A DNA stretch of 64,000 nucleotides from assembly GCF_001447785.1 (NCBI RefSeq), contig NW_015173766.1, positions 33,324 through 97,323 of the forward strand, in the 5' to 3' direction. Positions 36,785 through 48,832 of this stretch are shown piece by piece. The translations under genes and the position numbers were made by a program. Position 1 is the first letter of the stretch. Each line of letters begins with the position of its first letter. The stretch comes from Gekko japonicus. Its lineage: Eukaryota. A model generated the notes under the pieces. That model saw only the letters and a list, made by a program, of their open reading frames with translations. It had not been told where the DNA came from and made no database searches.

Positions 36785-38482
36785 CTTGAATGGTTTGTGA
36801 TTGATGGACTCAGGGGCTTTTTCCAAGTCTATGCTGGGACTAGCATCAACTAGCATTTCCAGGTTCCCCTTGTGGTATGAGAATAATGGCTTCCAAAGTA
36901 CACCTTTTCCAGTTTCTGCTCCCAGTCCCTGCTTCTAAGGGCACACGCAAAAGCAATAATGTTTTTTCCTCCCCTCAGAAGGAAAGCAGGAATTCTCAGG
37001 AGTCTAAACCGTGATGCTTATATGATGGTTGTTTCTGCGGGAAATTGCCGCATTTTACAGCCACTGTGCTCACATAAATCGCCACTGAAAACTGGCAGCC
37101 ACATTCAGGGATGTTTCAAGTCATGCATTACTCCCTCTATGTGGTTCCATCCCCAAGGGCAGATACAGGACTCTATGAACTCCAGTTTCAAGCTGAATAT
37201 TCGGAAAAATAATTAATTTTGGCAGTGGCCCTGCTCTCTGATCACACACTCACACTACTGTTCCACAACATCCTTTCAGTCTGTATAGTTTCATGGTAAT
37301 TTGCTTTTTTGTAGCAAAATCTCCCCCCCCTCTTGGGCCAATCTTTGATTTAGTAGTTAGCTCCAAAATGTCCTTCTGAGTCACAGGGTAGCAGCCTTCC
37401 CTGCAGTCTGGAGATATACAGCTATTACTTCAGTCAGCCCTGCTCTTGGGTTTATAGTAGTTCTTTTAAAAGCTTCATATTTTATTCCTTCAGGGGCTGC
37501 TGAGATTTTTATGAAGAAGGGGCATGCAGCCCAGCCCACTCTTCTATTTTGGCACACACATTTGAAAGCTGCTGCTGCCCTTCAAGTAACCAAAAAAAAA
37601 AAAAGTATTTGGATTCCATCCAGAGATTGGGTCCAAGATTTTTTCTAAAAAAATGGCTAATGTGGGTTGCAAATGGGGATGACAAACAGGTACCTCAACT
37701 TTTTGATGTGACTAGAACTTGAATAAATTTATATCCCATCTTTTCCCCCATTCCCCGAGTTCAGGACAGAACACATTGGTCTCCATTTTATCTTCAGAAC
37801 AACCCTGGACAGGCAGACAGTGACCAGACCAAGCTCACCCTGTGACCCTCATAGCCAAGTGAGGATTTAAACCCAGATTGTCCAAGTCCTGTGCTCTAAC
37901 TACTATGCAAGAAGTATGGCTGATTCACTACTAAAATTCCCTGTATTAAGGATAACTCTGCTGATTCCTACAGCATTATCCCAAGTAGTATGAGCCTTGA
38001 TCCATATGTTCAGTTGAAAGTTGTGCAGAAATGATTTCCGGTCTGTGGATCAGCAATGGTGGTCGTTCTCCCCGGACCTCGGGGGAGCGGCTCGCACACC
38101 AGCGGTATGGAGGGGTGCTACCTCAAGTAGCACTCACACAGAGCCTTTGCGATAGGCTCCAGGCCAGAGGGCTTTTGAGGGGCAGCCTCTTCGACAGCTC
38201 AATGCCAGAGAATTGAGGCTTCCCTCCACCCTGACGGTCCTGCTGCTGTGTGGCCCTCGGGCACAAGCTGATTCTACTGGGACAAGCGCTGGAGATCTAG
38301 CAGAAAAGCGATTACTGCGAGCGAGGTCAGAGAAATGACCAACAATGGACGTGAGTTCAAAATAAGCGGAATAATTTAAAAGTGAACTAACACACCCCCC
38401 CGTGGGAAAAGCGGAGTGCAAAGAGGGACACCTCTTATGCGAATGGACAGACAAGTGAAACGAAGGGGCGGGGGGGGGGGGA

Positions 38483-38639
38483 NNNNNNNNNNNNNNNNNN
38501 NNNNNNNNNNNNNNNNNNNNNNNNNNNNNNNNNNNNNNNNNNNNNNNNNNNNNNNNNNNNNNNNNNNNNNNNNNNNNNNNNNNNNNNNNNNNNNNNNNNN
38601 NNNNNNNNNNNNNNNNNNNNNNNNNNNNNNNNNNNNNNN
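38483..38639. other. Assembly gap (157 N) after a G run
   Basis: Direct reading. Confidence 1.
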
Positions 38640-38641
38640 GC

Positions 38642-39400
38642 AGCATCAACTGTCAGACGAAGAAGAAGGTGGCGCATGCGACTGAGAGAATTAAAGAGAT
38701 AGACACCACAAATAAGAAAATGAAGAAAAGAATGGGGGAAGTTGAAGCAAAACAAAACTTCCAAGAAAACCATTTGCTACAGCTACAAATGGAAAAAGGC
38801 AATATGATTCTCAGATTCCAGGGAGTGCCTGAATCGGAAAAGGAGGATCTGAGGAAGCTTCTCAGTGAGATCATTGCCCCAGCAATAGGCTCAACAGCGG
38901 ATGAACTAGTAAAAGAGATGGACACTGCCTATAGGGCATACTCCAATTATATTTTAAAAAATAGCCTGCCTGGAGAAATTGCGGTCTGATTCTCAAGAAG
39001 ACAGACCAAAGATGCTATTTTAAAAGTGACTTCAGCAACTCCACTGAAACTGGGGAATACAAACATTAAAACTTTAAAAGACATTCCATTTGAAATTCGC
39101 CAAAAGAGGAAATGCTATAAGGACTTAATTTCTTTTCTTCAAACCAATGGAATTTCGTACAGGTGGGCGATCTCAGAGGGTGTCATCTTTAAAATCAATG
39201 ACAAAAGAGAAAAGATTGACTCCATTTTTAAAGCCAACTAATTTTTGAGACGTCAGTTGGGATCGGAGGAAGAATCCAAAGAGGAAGAATCGAAAACAAG
39301 CCACTCCGCTACCTCTGGAACGGATGAAGACTCTGCTGTAGAAACGGGTGCAGGCGCAATGAAAGCTACATATGATTTCAGAGACAGAAAACCGAAGTAA
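38642..39400 (+). pseudogene. L1 ORF1p-like coding region (coiled coil, RRM, CTD, acidic tail) with two in-frame stops
   Basis: One frame: ...ERIKEIDTTNKKMKKRMGEVE...NMILRFQGVPESEKEDL...MDTAYR...PGEIAV*FSRRQTKDAILK...LKDIPFEIRQKRK...ISYRW...; stops at 38987 and 39239; the start lies in or before the gap. Confidence 0.85.
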
Positions 39401-39577
39401 AGGCAGAAGGACTCTGAAATTTGCCTTTTGAAGCAAATAACAAGAAGATGCTCAGAAAGTTCTCTCACAATAACTAATATACTAACATTGAAGCCGAGAC
39501 AAACAAGAACTCTACAAGTATATTGTTGGTTCGAAAGCAAAACGTAACACACACTGCGAGTAGATAAATGGGTACCT

Positions 39578-40123
39578 ACCCTTAGAAGGGTAGGGGGCAC
39601 CCTCCTCTCATGAGGTGTGTGGTGTGCGGCGGATGAACAGTGGCAATGGCGGCGAGATGGCAGTTGCAGTGGAGTCCTGGCAGCGGAGACGGTATGGCAC
39701 GGCGGCGACAAGAGCCAGAAGAGTGATCCCTGGTGGCCAGCGGTGGAACATCGAAGCAGCCGTCATCATCAGTAGTGGAAGAGGCACGCAATGACAGCAA
39801 TTCCAGGTGCAGCGGAGCCCAAGGGACACAGCCGGGGCCAAGGAAAGCAGATTCGCACGTCATGGAAGCTACCCGCCTGAAAAGGCGCCAAAGGAGACGT
39901 CCCGCCAGAGAAAGAGGACTGGAAAAATCCGAGCCGAAGCCGGAAAGATCAGCCACCACCTGGGTGCTGGTAGGCTGTCCCACCCCCCATCCCCTCGTAT
40001 AATGTGGCCGTAGTTAGGGAAGCAATGTGTGATTAGCACCCCCTATGTAACCCACCCAGAGACCTCCACGGGGGTTAGGGCGGTATAACAAATCGAATAA
40101 ATAAATAAATAAATAAATAAATA
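39578..40123 (+). mobile_element. GC-rich element with an L2-type 3' end, nested in the HAL1-like 3'UTR
   Basis: Ends tgtaacccacccagagacc...gggcggtata...(AAAT)n; abrupt compositional shift from the AT-rich flanks. Confidence 0.65.
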
Positions 40124-40610
40124 ACAGATCAACACGGATATGGTCTCCTCCTCTTGGGTTTTTAGTGTGGTTATCTTTCCTTTATCCTTAGTCCCCTTCC
40201 CTCATATTTTCTTTGTAGTTTGGTAGTCTAATATAAAAATAATAAAAATATCCCTCCGGGGATTTCAAAAAAAAAGAAAGTTGTGCAGAAATGTGTTGAA
40301 ATGCCTCCCCAACACAGACAGCACCTCCAGTTTACACTGGAGGCTATCAGATTTTGCAATCACACTGCATTGACTCAGACACCAGTTTCTCCCATGGGTG
40401 CAATTTACATGCAAGCCTTTATTTCTGAGCCATTTTTTGTTCCCTGGTGATGAACATTTCCCATTAAATGTATGCAACGCTTAACAATGTGGCCCAAAAA
40501 GAAACAGACTAATCTAGAGCAATGCCAATAGGCCAAACCCCAAAAAAAAATCATAAAGGGGGGGATGAAAACAAGGTGATATCAAAAAGAGCAGAGTCAT
40601 ATATACTTGG

Positions 40611-40737
40611 TAGAATTGCCAACACCAGGTTAGGAAATTCCTGGAGATTTGGGGGTGGGGCCTGGGGAGGGAGCTCAGCAGGGATATGACTCCAAAGCTG
40701 CCATTTCTTTCTAGGGGAACAGACCCCTGTAGCCTGG
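40611..40737 (-). mobile_element. TAGGGTTGCC-type hAT MITE fragment
   Basis: ggaaattcctggagatttggg...gccatttc...aggggaac is the reverse complement of the family core. Confidence 0.65.
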
Positions 40738-40754
40738 ATATCATTTCATTTATC

Positions 40755-40972
40755 CGCTCCATTTATCTACTCCATTTATCCCCTGCCTTTCTCCCCAAAG
40801 AGGACCCACAGCCTCTTACACTGTTCTCTTCTCCATTTTATCTTCACAACAGCCCTGTGAGGGAGGTTAGGCCAAGTGCGTATGACTGGCCCAAGGTCAC
40901 CCAGTGGCAGAGTGGGAATCTGAACCTGGGTCTCCCCGATTCTAGTTTGACACTAACCACTATGCCACAGTA
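40755..40972 (-). mobile_element. Older MIR/Squam3-like SINE
   Basis: ccattttatcttcacaacagccctgtgagggaggttagg...cccaaggtcaccc...tgaacctgggtc...aaccactatgcc; a similar copy at 37735-37907. Confidence 0.7.
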
Positions 40973-41194
40973 CTCCAGGCCCCACCTGGAGGTTTGTACT
41001 CCTGGCACCTGCTGTGAACTGAACCCTGAGACTGAGTATGTCATTCTATGGAGACCAATTATGCATGATTGTATTTATTCAGAAAATTTATATGCTGCCT
41101 CTCCAGAGACCCACTGTTTAAAGAGAGAAGAATCATCCAAACCAGGCCTCTGTGTATTTCGGTGCCCATACAGAGAGCTTAGATCACTCTGGAG

Positions 41195-41518
41195 TAGGGT
41201 TGCCAAGTGTATCTTCGCCGGGCATGGGGGGCTCCTGGCCGATGTCTTGCACGTACGCGCGCCACACGCACGTCACCCGGAAGTGACGGGAGGATGCCAG
41301 GCACGCTGGGGGCGGGGCCACAGCCATACAAGGGAAAACCATAGAGTTTTCCCTTGTATGGCCGTGGCCCCGCCCCCAGCATGCCCGGCGTGCCCACGTC
41401 ACTTCCTGGTGATGCGCACGCAGGGATGGGGTTCCCCCGGGGCCCAATTCTGCACCGTCGGAAATCGGGCCTCGAAAGCGGGGGTTTGCCCGCCCCCCGC
41501 CCCCACTTGGCAGCCCTA
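41195..41518. mobile_element. Young CpG-rich hAT MITE with a long internal palindrome
   Basis: TIR tagggttgccaagtg / cacttggcagcccta; perfect 8-bp TSD ctctggag. Confidence 0.93.
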
Positions 41519-42634
41519 CTCTGGAGGGAGGGGGCTTGCCTTCTTCTTTGCCTTGCTGTTGCAGAACCGTTCTCTCCTATTTGAATGCCTACACTGGGCC
41601 TCCATTTCTGACAAGAACCTGGGGCCCCATTTCCAGTTTTTATAATGAGATATTTCAGAGGCAAAATTCACAGAAACAAGGCAAAAGCCTGCTTTAAAAT
41701 GCGATTGAGATAGTACCCTCCCCCAAACGAACTCTGTAGTATTCATAATAACGAGAAAGATGCACACTCCTGGGTGATAAATCAAGTATCATCTCCAAAT
41801 GTTGCCTGTGTGCACTACTTCCACCTCAGTGAAACTGCAGAGCTCAAGCCAGGGGGTGGGGGAGAGAATTATTTAGCATCCTTAATTTGAGCAACTGATA
41901 GTCCTGAGCTTGGGCAGCTGCAAAACAGTTATTCATTTTTTTACACATCATGACCACCAACACTGCTTAACCTGGCAGAGGCCTCAAAGCCTGTGCAGAG
42001 TTTATAAGCACCTGTGCAAACAGGTAGTTATTTTTGCCTGCAGAAGCTCTTGCAGCTGCTATCATGTTGAGAACTTGGGTAGTGATGCCGCTTCTTACAC
42101 AACTATCCTGTTCTAACCAGGTTGTGAGACTCTGAGGTGCCAAACAAAGCCTAGAGAAGACTGGACTATGCTTGGTGGCCAATGGTATGCAACAGTTATC
42201 AAGGTTCCAGACAGTCAATGCTGAGTCAGCCTATGCAGCAGGAAGCAAGACAGCTATCAGGAAAGAAAGAAGTTACTTTGACTTGGATCGGAACTTGGAT
42301 CTGCATAGAAATTCAGGCCAAAGCTCCACTCTTTAACAGAGCTGGCAAGCATTTAAAGGGACAGAACTCTGCCTTACAGTCTTCCATTTCAGCATTACTG
42401 TGGTGTCAAATTTGCTTTGTCCTCACTAGTACAGCTTATGGGAGCACCAAGGGCCTTAAGCAGCTGTAGAATCTTCTGGCTCCACACCTGAAGAGTCTGA
42501 ACTTAGCCTTGGGGGGCTCCTTTGATAGTCTCCTGACCTCCTCACACCTTTTGGCTCATATACAGTGACATTATCTATAGTCCACATTTCTCACTGAGAC
42601 TCAAGGCAAATTACTTTTCTCCCTTTCTCACAAT

Positions 42635-43056
42635 ATAAGAACTCATGGGCACTCAATGAAATTGCTGAGCAGTCAAGTTTGAACGGATAAAAGGAAGTAC
42701 TTCTTTACCCAGAGAGTGATTAACACATGGAATTTACTGCCACAGGAGGTGGTGGTGGCTACAAGCACGAACGGCTTCAAGAGGGAACTGGATAAACATA
42801 CGGAGCAGAAGTCCATCAGTGGCTATTAGCCACAAAGTATAGATAGGAAGTCACAGTCGGGGGGCAAGTTATGCTCTGTATTCTTGGTGATTGGGGGGGC
42901 ATCAGTGGGAGGGCTTCTAGCGTCCTTGCCCCACTGGTGGGCCTCCTGATGGCACCTGGTATTTTTGGCCACTGTGTGACAGAGTGTTGGACTGGATGGG
43001 CCATTGGCCTGATCCAACATTGGCTTCTCTTATGTTCTTACGTTCTTATGTTCTTA
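42635..43056 (+). mobile_element. CR1 LINE 3' fragment
   Basis: RTHGHSMKLL...DKRKYFFTQRVINTWNLLPQEVV; (TTCTTATG)n tail. Confidence 0.9.
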
Positions 43057-43249
43057 CACAGTATAAGTCAATACAATCAATAGGATGGGACATCCATTAA
43101 GCAACACAATAGGGTTTGGATTGCAGATATCTTGAAACAAAGCTCACTGATCACAAGCTGCTAAATTATGACCTCTTTTTAATGTAATGTCCAACTGTTA
43201 ACATTCTAGGATGAGCCAAGAGTAATTCTGCATTAGTAGTTCCAACTGA

Positions 43250-43797
43250 GCCCTGACCTGGATAGCCCAGGTTGAGATTAGGGCCCTGCGGGATTTATTA
43301 CAATTCCTCAGGGCCTGCAAAATGGAGCTGTTCCGCCAGGCTTTTGGCTGAGGTGGCACATACCCAAATGAAATCGCCCTTTCCTGCTAACTCAATCAAC
43401 CTGCCCAATCTGTCTCCTCTGCCTAGGGCACTGCTATATCAACATGACATTGTTATCAGTTGACTCATGTTAACTTGAGAAAATGTGCCCTCCCTGACAT
43501 TGCTGCAGCATGCGCTGGAGTTCGGAAATGTCTAGCTGCCATCAGAGATTATTTTAACCAATTAATTTACCTATATGAAATGTTTGATGTTTTTATGGAT
43601 TGTTATTTATTGTTTTGTCGTATGTTGTGAGCTGCCCTGAGCCTGCTTGAGGGAGAGGGCAGGATATAAACTGTATAAATAAATAAATAAATCTCATCAG
43701 ATCTCGGAAGCTAAGCATGGTCGGCCCTGTCTAATGTTTGGATGATAGACCACCAAGGGATACCAGGGTTGTGACATGGAGGCAGGCAATGGCAAAC
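43250..43797 (+). mobile_element. 5S-derived SINE interrupted by an L2 3' fragment (43273-43692)
   Basis: gccctgacctggatagcccagg | L2 with (AAAT)n tail | ctcatcagatctcggaagctaagca..ggtcggcc matches 5S rRNA. Confidence 0.82.
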
Positions 43798-44859
43798 TGA
43801 ATGGTAGTCCATAGGATTCCCTAAGCAGACTTTCACTGAGCCACATCAATTAGGTTCCCCTCAGCATTATCAGCTGACATGTTTGGGACAAAGACTCTAC
43901 AGAAATCAGATCCGTGGTTTCCAGCAAGGCTCAGCTATCACTATGTCCTTTATAAAGAGCAAATTATTTCAAAAAATACGCTCTTTTAAAGGTACATCAA
44001 AATTAAAGCATGGAGGAATTTGACACATTTGACTCTCCAAGTCACTGTAAACTTGTATTTGCCATAATGCTGCAAGCAAAGCTGGGCAACTGACCTTCAG
44101 CTTCTATATGACCCATCTTTAAACAAATCTATGTTATTTACATAGGGGAGAGGAGGGTTAACTTTATTAAATTTAAACGATTTGCTGCTTCTTGTACATT
44201 GTGTTCAGTCTGGGTCTCGTCAAGCATTTTTTAACAAGTGTTGCCAAAAAAAATGTAACAGTTGTTTAGGGATTGAGGTTTTATTTTTAAGAGATGGTTC
44301 TGCAATATTTTTTTTCTTTTTACACTTAGTTGATGGATTTGTCAAAATAGCTCTGTAATTAAAATTGAATGTAAGTAAAAGAATACATTACTGCCATAAT
44401 TACATGGTGCTATTTTGGCTTGTAATTGAACTCAGAAAGATGACAAAATTAAAGACAGGCCTCCTCTGCCCCAATTTCCATGGAAACAAGAACATTTTCA
44501 CTACATCATAGTTGGCCTTTTATGATATAATCGCTTGATCTAAATGGACTCGAAATTTCTCCAAACTCACAAATGGACCTAAAAAAAATTCATTTTTGTT
44601 TAGTAAATAGGAAGGCCTGGACCCGATTCCCTCCTTCCCAGGTACACAAAGCGTGGGGGGGGCCTTCTGCAGATTCCACTAAATTCCTTTCTCTCTCCTC
44701 TTCCTTGGCTCTGAGTGAGGTGCATCTGTAACATAAGGCACATTGGCAATTCAACTGCCTATCAGCATGAATCTAAGGTCCTCTTGCACTGATAGTAGTA
44801 TCCAGTAGCTGCATACTTGAAGCCTGGAGCAGAGTGCTATGCAGAAGGAGATGGAAGGA

Positions 44860-45159
44860 AGTGGTGGGTGCTACAAGCATGGACGGCTTCAAAAGGGAAT
44901 TAGATAAGCATATGGAGCAGAGGTCCATCAGTGGCTATTAGCCACAAGGTATAGCTAGGGGCTCTGGGGCAAGTGATGCTCTGTCTTCTTGGTGCTTGGG
45001 GGGGGGTCAACAGTGGGAGGGCTTCTAATGTCCTGGCCCCACTGCTGGACCTCCTGATGGCACTGGTATTTCTGGCCACTGTGTGACACAGAGTGTTGGA
45101 CTGGATGGGCCTTTGGCATACTCCAACCCTGGCGTCTCTTATGTTCTTATGTTCTTATG
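44860..45159 (+). mobile_element. CR1 LINE 3' fragment, same subfamily as 42635-43056
   Basis: Colinear similarity and (TTCTTATG)n tail. Confidence 0.88.
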
Positions 45160-45867
45160 AAGGTGCTGGTCATGTCTAGACTAGGCTGCTAAAGAGGAGG
45201 CTTCCAACTTCAATTCAACATGATATGAATCCAAGAGTCAACACTGATCCAAGCCCCCAAAGGCAAAGTAGGAAGCAAGCATGCTGTTGTTAACTTAAAA
45301 TGTGAGCCCCACCTCTCACAGCTTACGTTTGCTGTGATACAGTGGTAGCAAATTCAAAAGAATCTACCATTTAACACCACACAAAAATATTCATTTACAG
45401 GAAAACAGCAAACAGAGCAACATGGTAGCCGGAACAAGCCCCAACACCAGTTACAGGCCACCAAGTGCCTGGCAAATAGGTACATCTTTATCACCTTCCT
45501 AAAAATCAGACAGAATCAGCATCAAGCAGATGTCTTTTGGCAGGACATGCTACTAAAAATAAAAATTCTGCTCAGTACCCCCAGTACATCTGACCTTTTA
45601 TGTGTAGGGAACACTTCCCAAACACTGCACAGGGTAAAGGCTGGAGGCTCCACATAAGGAGCTACTATACTTGAAAAGCAGCCAACATGGACAATTTCCA
45701 TGGAACTAGTATTTGAAAAGCTGGCATTATGTTACCTCTTGGTCACTTCTATCTACCCTGCAAGTTGAATTAGATATTGGGCAGCAGACCTGGGCCCAGA
45801 AACTCAAGTCTCTGCTGAACAGCTGCAAAGCAGAATGGAATAACTTGTAGCACAGAAGCATTAATTG

Positions 45868-46204
45868 GACAGGGGTTTAAGACGCTGAACTGCAGGCTAT
45901 GGAAGGTCGGTAGTTCAGCAGTTCAAGACCCAGGTGCCGCATGACGGAGTGAGCTCCCGTCTCTAGTTCCAGCTCCTGCCAACCTAGCAGTTCGAAAGCA
46001 ATACATTGCAAGTAGATAGATACCACTTTGGTGGGAAGGTAACAGCGTTCCGTGCGCCTTGGTGTTTAGTCATGCCAGCCACATGACCACAGAAACGTCT
46101 TCAGACAGCGCTGGCTCTTCGGCTTGGAAACGGAGATGAGCACCACAACCCTAGAGTCGGATTCGACTGGCTTTCGAGCAAGGGAATCTTTACCTTTTAC
46201 CTTC
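45868..46204 (+). mobile_element. Sauria SINE (Squam1)
   Basis: gagtgagctcccg...ctgccaacctagcagttcgaaagca...ggaaggtaac...cacatgacc...gagatgagcacc and (ACCTTT)-type tail. Confidence 0.9.
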
Positions 46205-47815
46205 TCCCCTGCAATCTCTTTTCTCCTGGTATAAATATGCTGCAGTGCAAGAAAAACAAACAGCCAAGGCAGTCTTGAGTTGCATGGGCTTGCATTTCTG
46301 AAGGTGTTGAGGTATCATTCGTTCTGACAAGTCCAACACAAGATAAAGGGTCCTGTCTCATACCACATTACTTTAACCAACAGTGATGTAGGCCAATCCA
46401 CTGCAAGCCCACTCCTGACAGGATGAGGGAGTACAGCTCCCTCTGACACAGCCATATTGGTGGTCACATCCATCTGCAGGGCTGGACATTTATCTGATAT
46501 TTTCTTTAGTGTACCTGCAATGTTTCTACTGCATGTCAGTGCATACACAGAGTGACACATGGATTTGTCCTGGTGCAGACACAGTGGGCAGGCAGGGCTA
46601 ATCTTACCATGAAGCAAGAGCTTCTGCTTGCAGATTCTAGGGTACCATGCATTGAGTGCCTAATAGGCTCTGTGTTCCTGAAAACTGTGCCGAGAAGCAT
46701 AAAAGGCTGGCACCACAGAGCAGTAGTCCAATTTGTGACCCAACAACCCACATAGGGGGTCAATGAAACCTTCCCATTTTTGCTGCCTGTCTCAGGGTAG
46801 AATGTGTGTAATTCTGTGATCTTGTTTACATGTTTTGTTTTTATTTACCAAATCAAGCTACAGGAGTTCCAGTTTCAAGGGAGAGAGGCTTTTTTACTCT
46901 TTCGCCTTGGGCTGTACCCCTCCCCCAAACCCACCACCTCCAGAGTGCCTTTACCTAGTCTGGGGAAAAATCACACAGGCACCTATAAGCAAGAGGGAGA
47001 CACTCTGTCAGGAATGAGGCAGGTTACTATATGTGGCTGGCCAGTCACAAGTTATGCAGACCAGAGATAGGTGGAAAGGTCAACCAGGATGCTAACAAAA
47101 TGGCAGCCTTCTCATCTCAGCTGAAGTCATGGAACTCTTTTGAGAGAGATCCAGAATGGGGAAACCTTCATTTCCTGCTTCTCTTTGCTCCTAAGCTTCT
47201 GCTGTTGAACGTCATTTGAAACTTAATGATCTTCTCCCCCACCCCGCATCACCAAAAACATGTTGCCTACAATTACAGCTACCCGAACAACTCCATTTGA
47301 TGGTTTCCTGACACACTGCTGAGATGCTCTATATTATTATTTTCAAATCAATGCTTAAATGGATAATTTATATGCGCCAGCGAGCTTTAGTCAAAAAATT
47401 CACAATGTGCCTAAAAATAACTATTGTGCCAATGGGTAAATCCTGGCAAGTCACTGAATCAAAAGGAGCGTGACAGAGGTGATTGGAGGATGTAATGGGA
47501 ATAATTAAGCTGTTTTCTGTTTTCATTGTAGGAGAGGGAAAAGATGTTTTTTGCCTAAATCTAAAAGCCCGACGAAAAACCTGAACCTTGTTCAGCTTTC
47601 ATTTCCTCAATAACTAATTAATTCTGACACCCAAAGCAACAAATCATAAAACTCTGAATATTCAATGAGTGATTTGTACCTGATTTGCAACAGCCTCCGG
47701 TTTTGCTCTGTTGTTTAAAATTCTGCATTCAGAAGAGTCTGAAATGTAAAAGGCACATTCAAACACCTTGAAACCACCCTGATGATTCTGTACAATTGAC
47801 TGGAAGCACAATACG

Positions 47816-48032
47816 TAGGATTGCCAACCCCCAGGTGGTACCTGGAGATCTCCCGGTATTACAATTGCGCTCCAGACGATCAAGATCAGTTCCCCTGGAG
47901 AAAATGGCTGCTTTGGAGGATAGACTCTATGGCATTATAGCCTGCTGAGGTCTCCCCTCCCCATACCCCACATTCCCCAGGCTCCATCCCCAAAGTCTCC
48001 AAGTATTTCCCAACCCAGAGCTGGCAACCCTA
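47816..48032 (+). mobile_element. TAGGGTTGCC-type hAT MITE
   Basis: taggattgccaac / ctggcaacccta with the family core. Confidence 0.85.
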
Positions 48033-48631
48033 ACAAGTTTCAAAGCTATGACCATCAGAGACCATTCATCGAAGCTTGAACATGGGGCCAAAGAAGCAAA
48101 ATTGCATGACTAGAATGGTCCCAAGAATACACACACATACACAAAATCTGCCTTACACTGAGTCAGACTGCTGGTCTAGCATGGTCAATATCATCTACTC
48201 TGTCTGGCAGTGGCTCTCCAGTGTCCTAGATCAAGGACTTCCACCTACAGCCAGCTCCTTTCCACTGAAAGTGCCAGAGATCGAACCTGGACCTCCAGCA
48301 TCAAGACCATTTTCCTAGCCCAACATGGTGCAGCTCTGTTGGGTGGTACCATTACAGAACTGGTGAGGAAGATGTCATTTCTTTGAACACTCCTCATATA
48401 ACCCAAAAAGCCTCTTTATCCTTATAAAATTAACATGTAAGGTAGACAATTCAAGCTCAGCCTTCTCCAAGATGCAGTAGATTTGCACGTGAGTGAAGGA
48501 ATCCTTATATGGGAGAGCATTCCAGTATTTATCTACCCACCTGCAGTCTGGAACGGTACAAGTCAGCAACATTTGAATCTGCTGATTGTGTAGCTTGTGT
48601 GACAGTCAAGAATTCTTCAGCTTTAGGGGAG

Positions 48632-48832
48632 GGGGAGTGGTTGAATGGAAGATCCTCTGCTTTGCATGCAGAAGGTCCTGGGTTCAATGCCCAGTATCTC
48701 CAGTTGAAAGGAGCAGCATCTCCAGTTAAAAGTGGGTAATGTGAAAGACCTCTGCCTGAGATCCTGGAAGGCCACTGCCAGTTTGATTCAACAATATTGA
48801 TGGACCAAAGGTCTGATTCAGCATAAGGCACA
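48632..48832 (+). mobile_element. Squam2-like SINE
   Basis: ctgctttgcatgcagaaggtcctgggttcaatgccc head; gtgaaagacctctgcctgag body; gatggaccaaaggtctgattcagcataaggca tail. Confidence 0.78.

Larger units (their letters stand above)
38034..40275 (+). mobile_element. L1-derived ORF1-only retroelement (HAL1-like), full length
   Basis: 18-bp TSD gaaagttgtgcagaaatg (38016-38033, 40276-40293), CpG-rich 5'UTR starting atttccgg, ORF1, AATAAA near 40240, A tail 40267-40275, no ORF2. Confidence 0.85.

Noticed and set aside
40686-41645. Longest ORF in the track (319 aa)
   Set aside because: It runs through a MITE fragment, a SINE and a GC-rich palindromic MITE; the repeated PCMAVAPPPAC reflects the palindrome, and there is no protein homology signal.
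43693-43770. 5S rRNA gene
   Set aside because: Diverged, interrupted and continuous with a SINE body; it is a 5S-derived SINE, not an rRNA gene.
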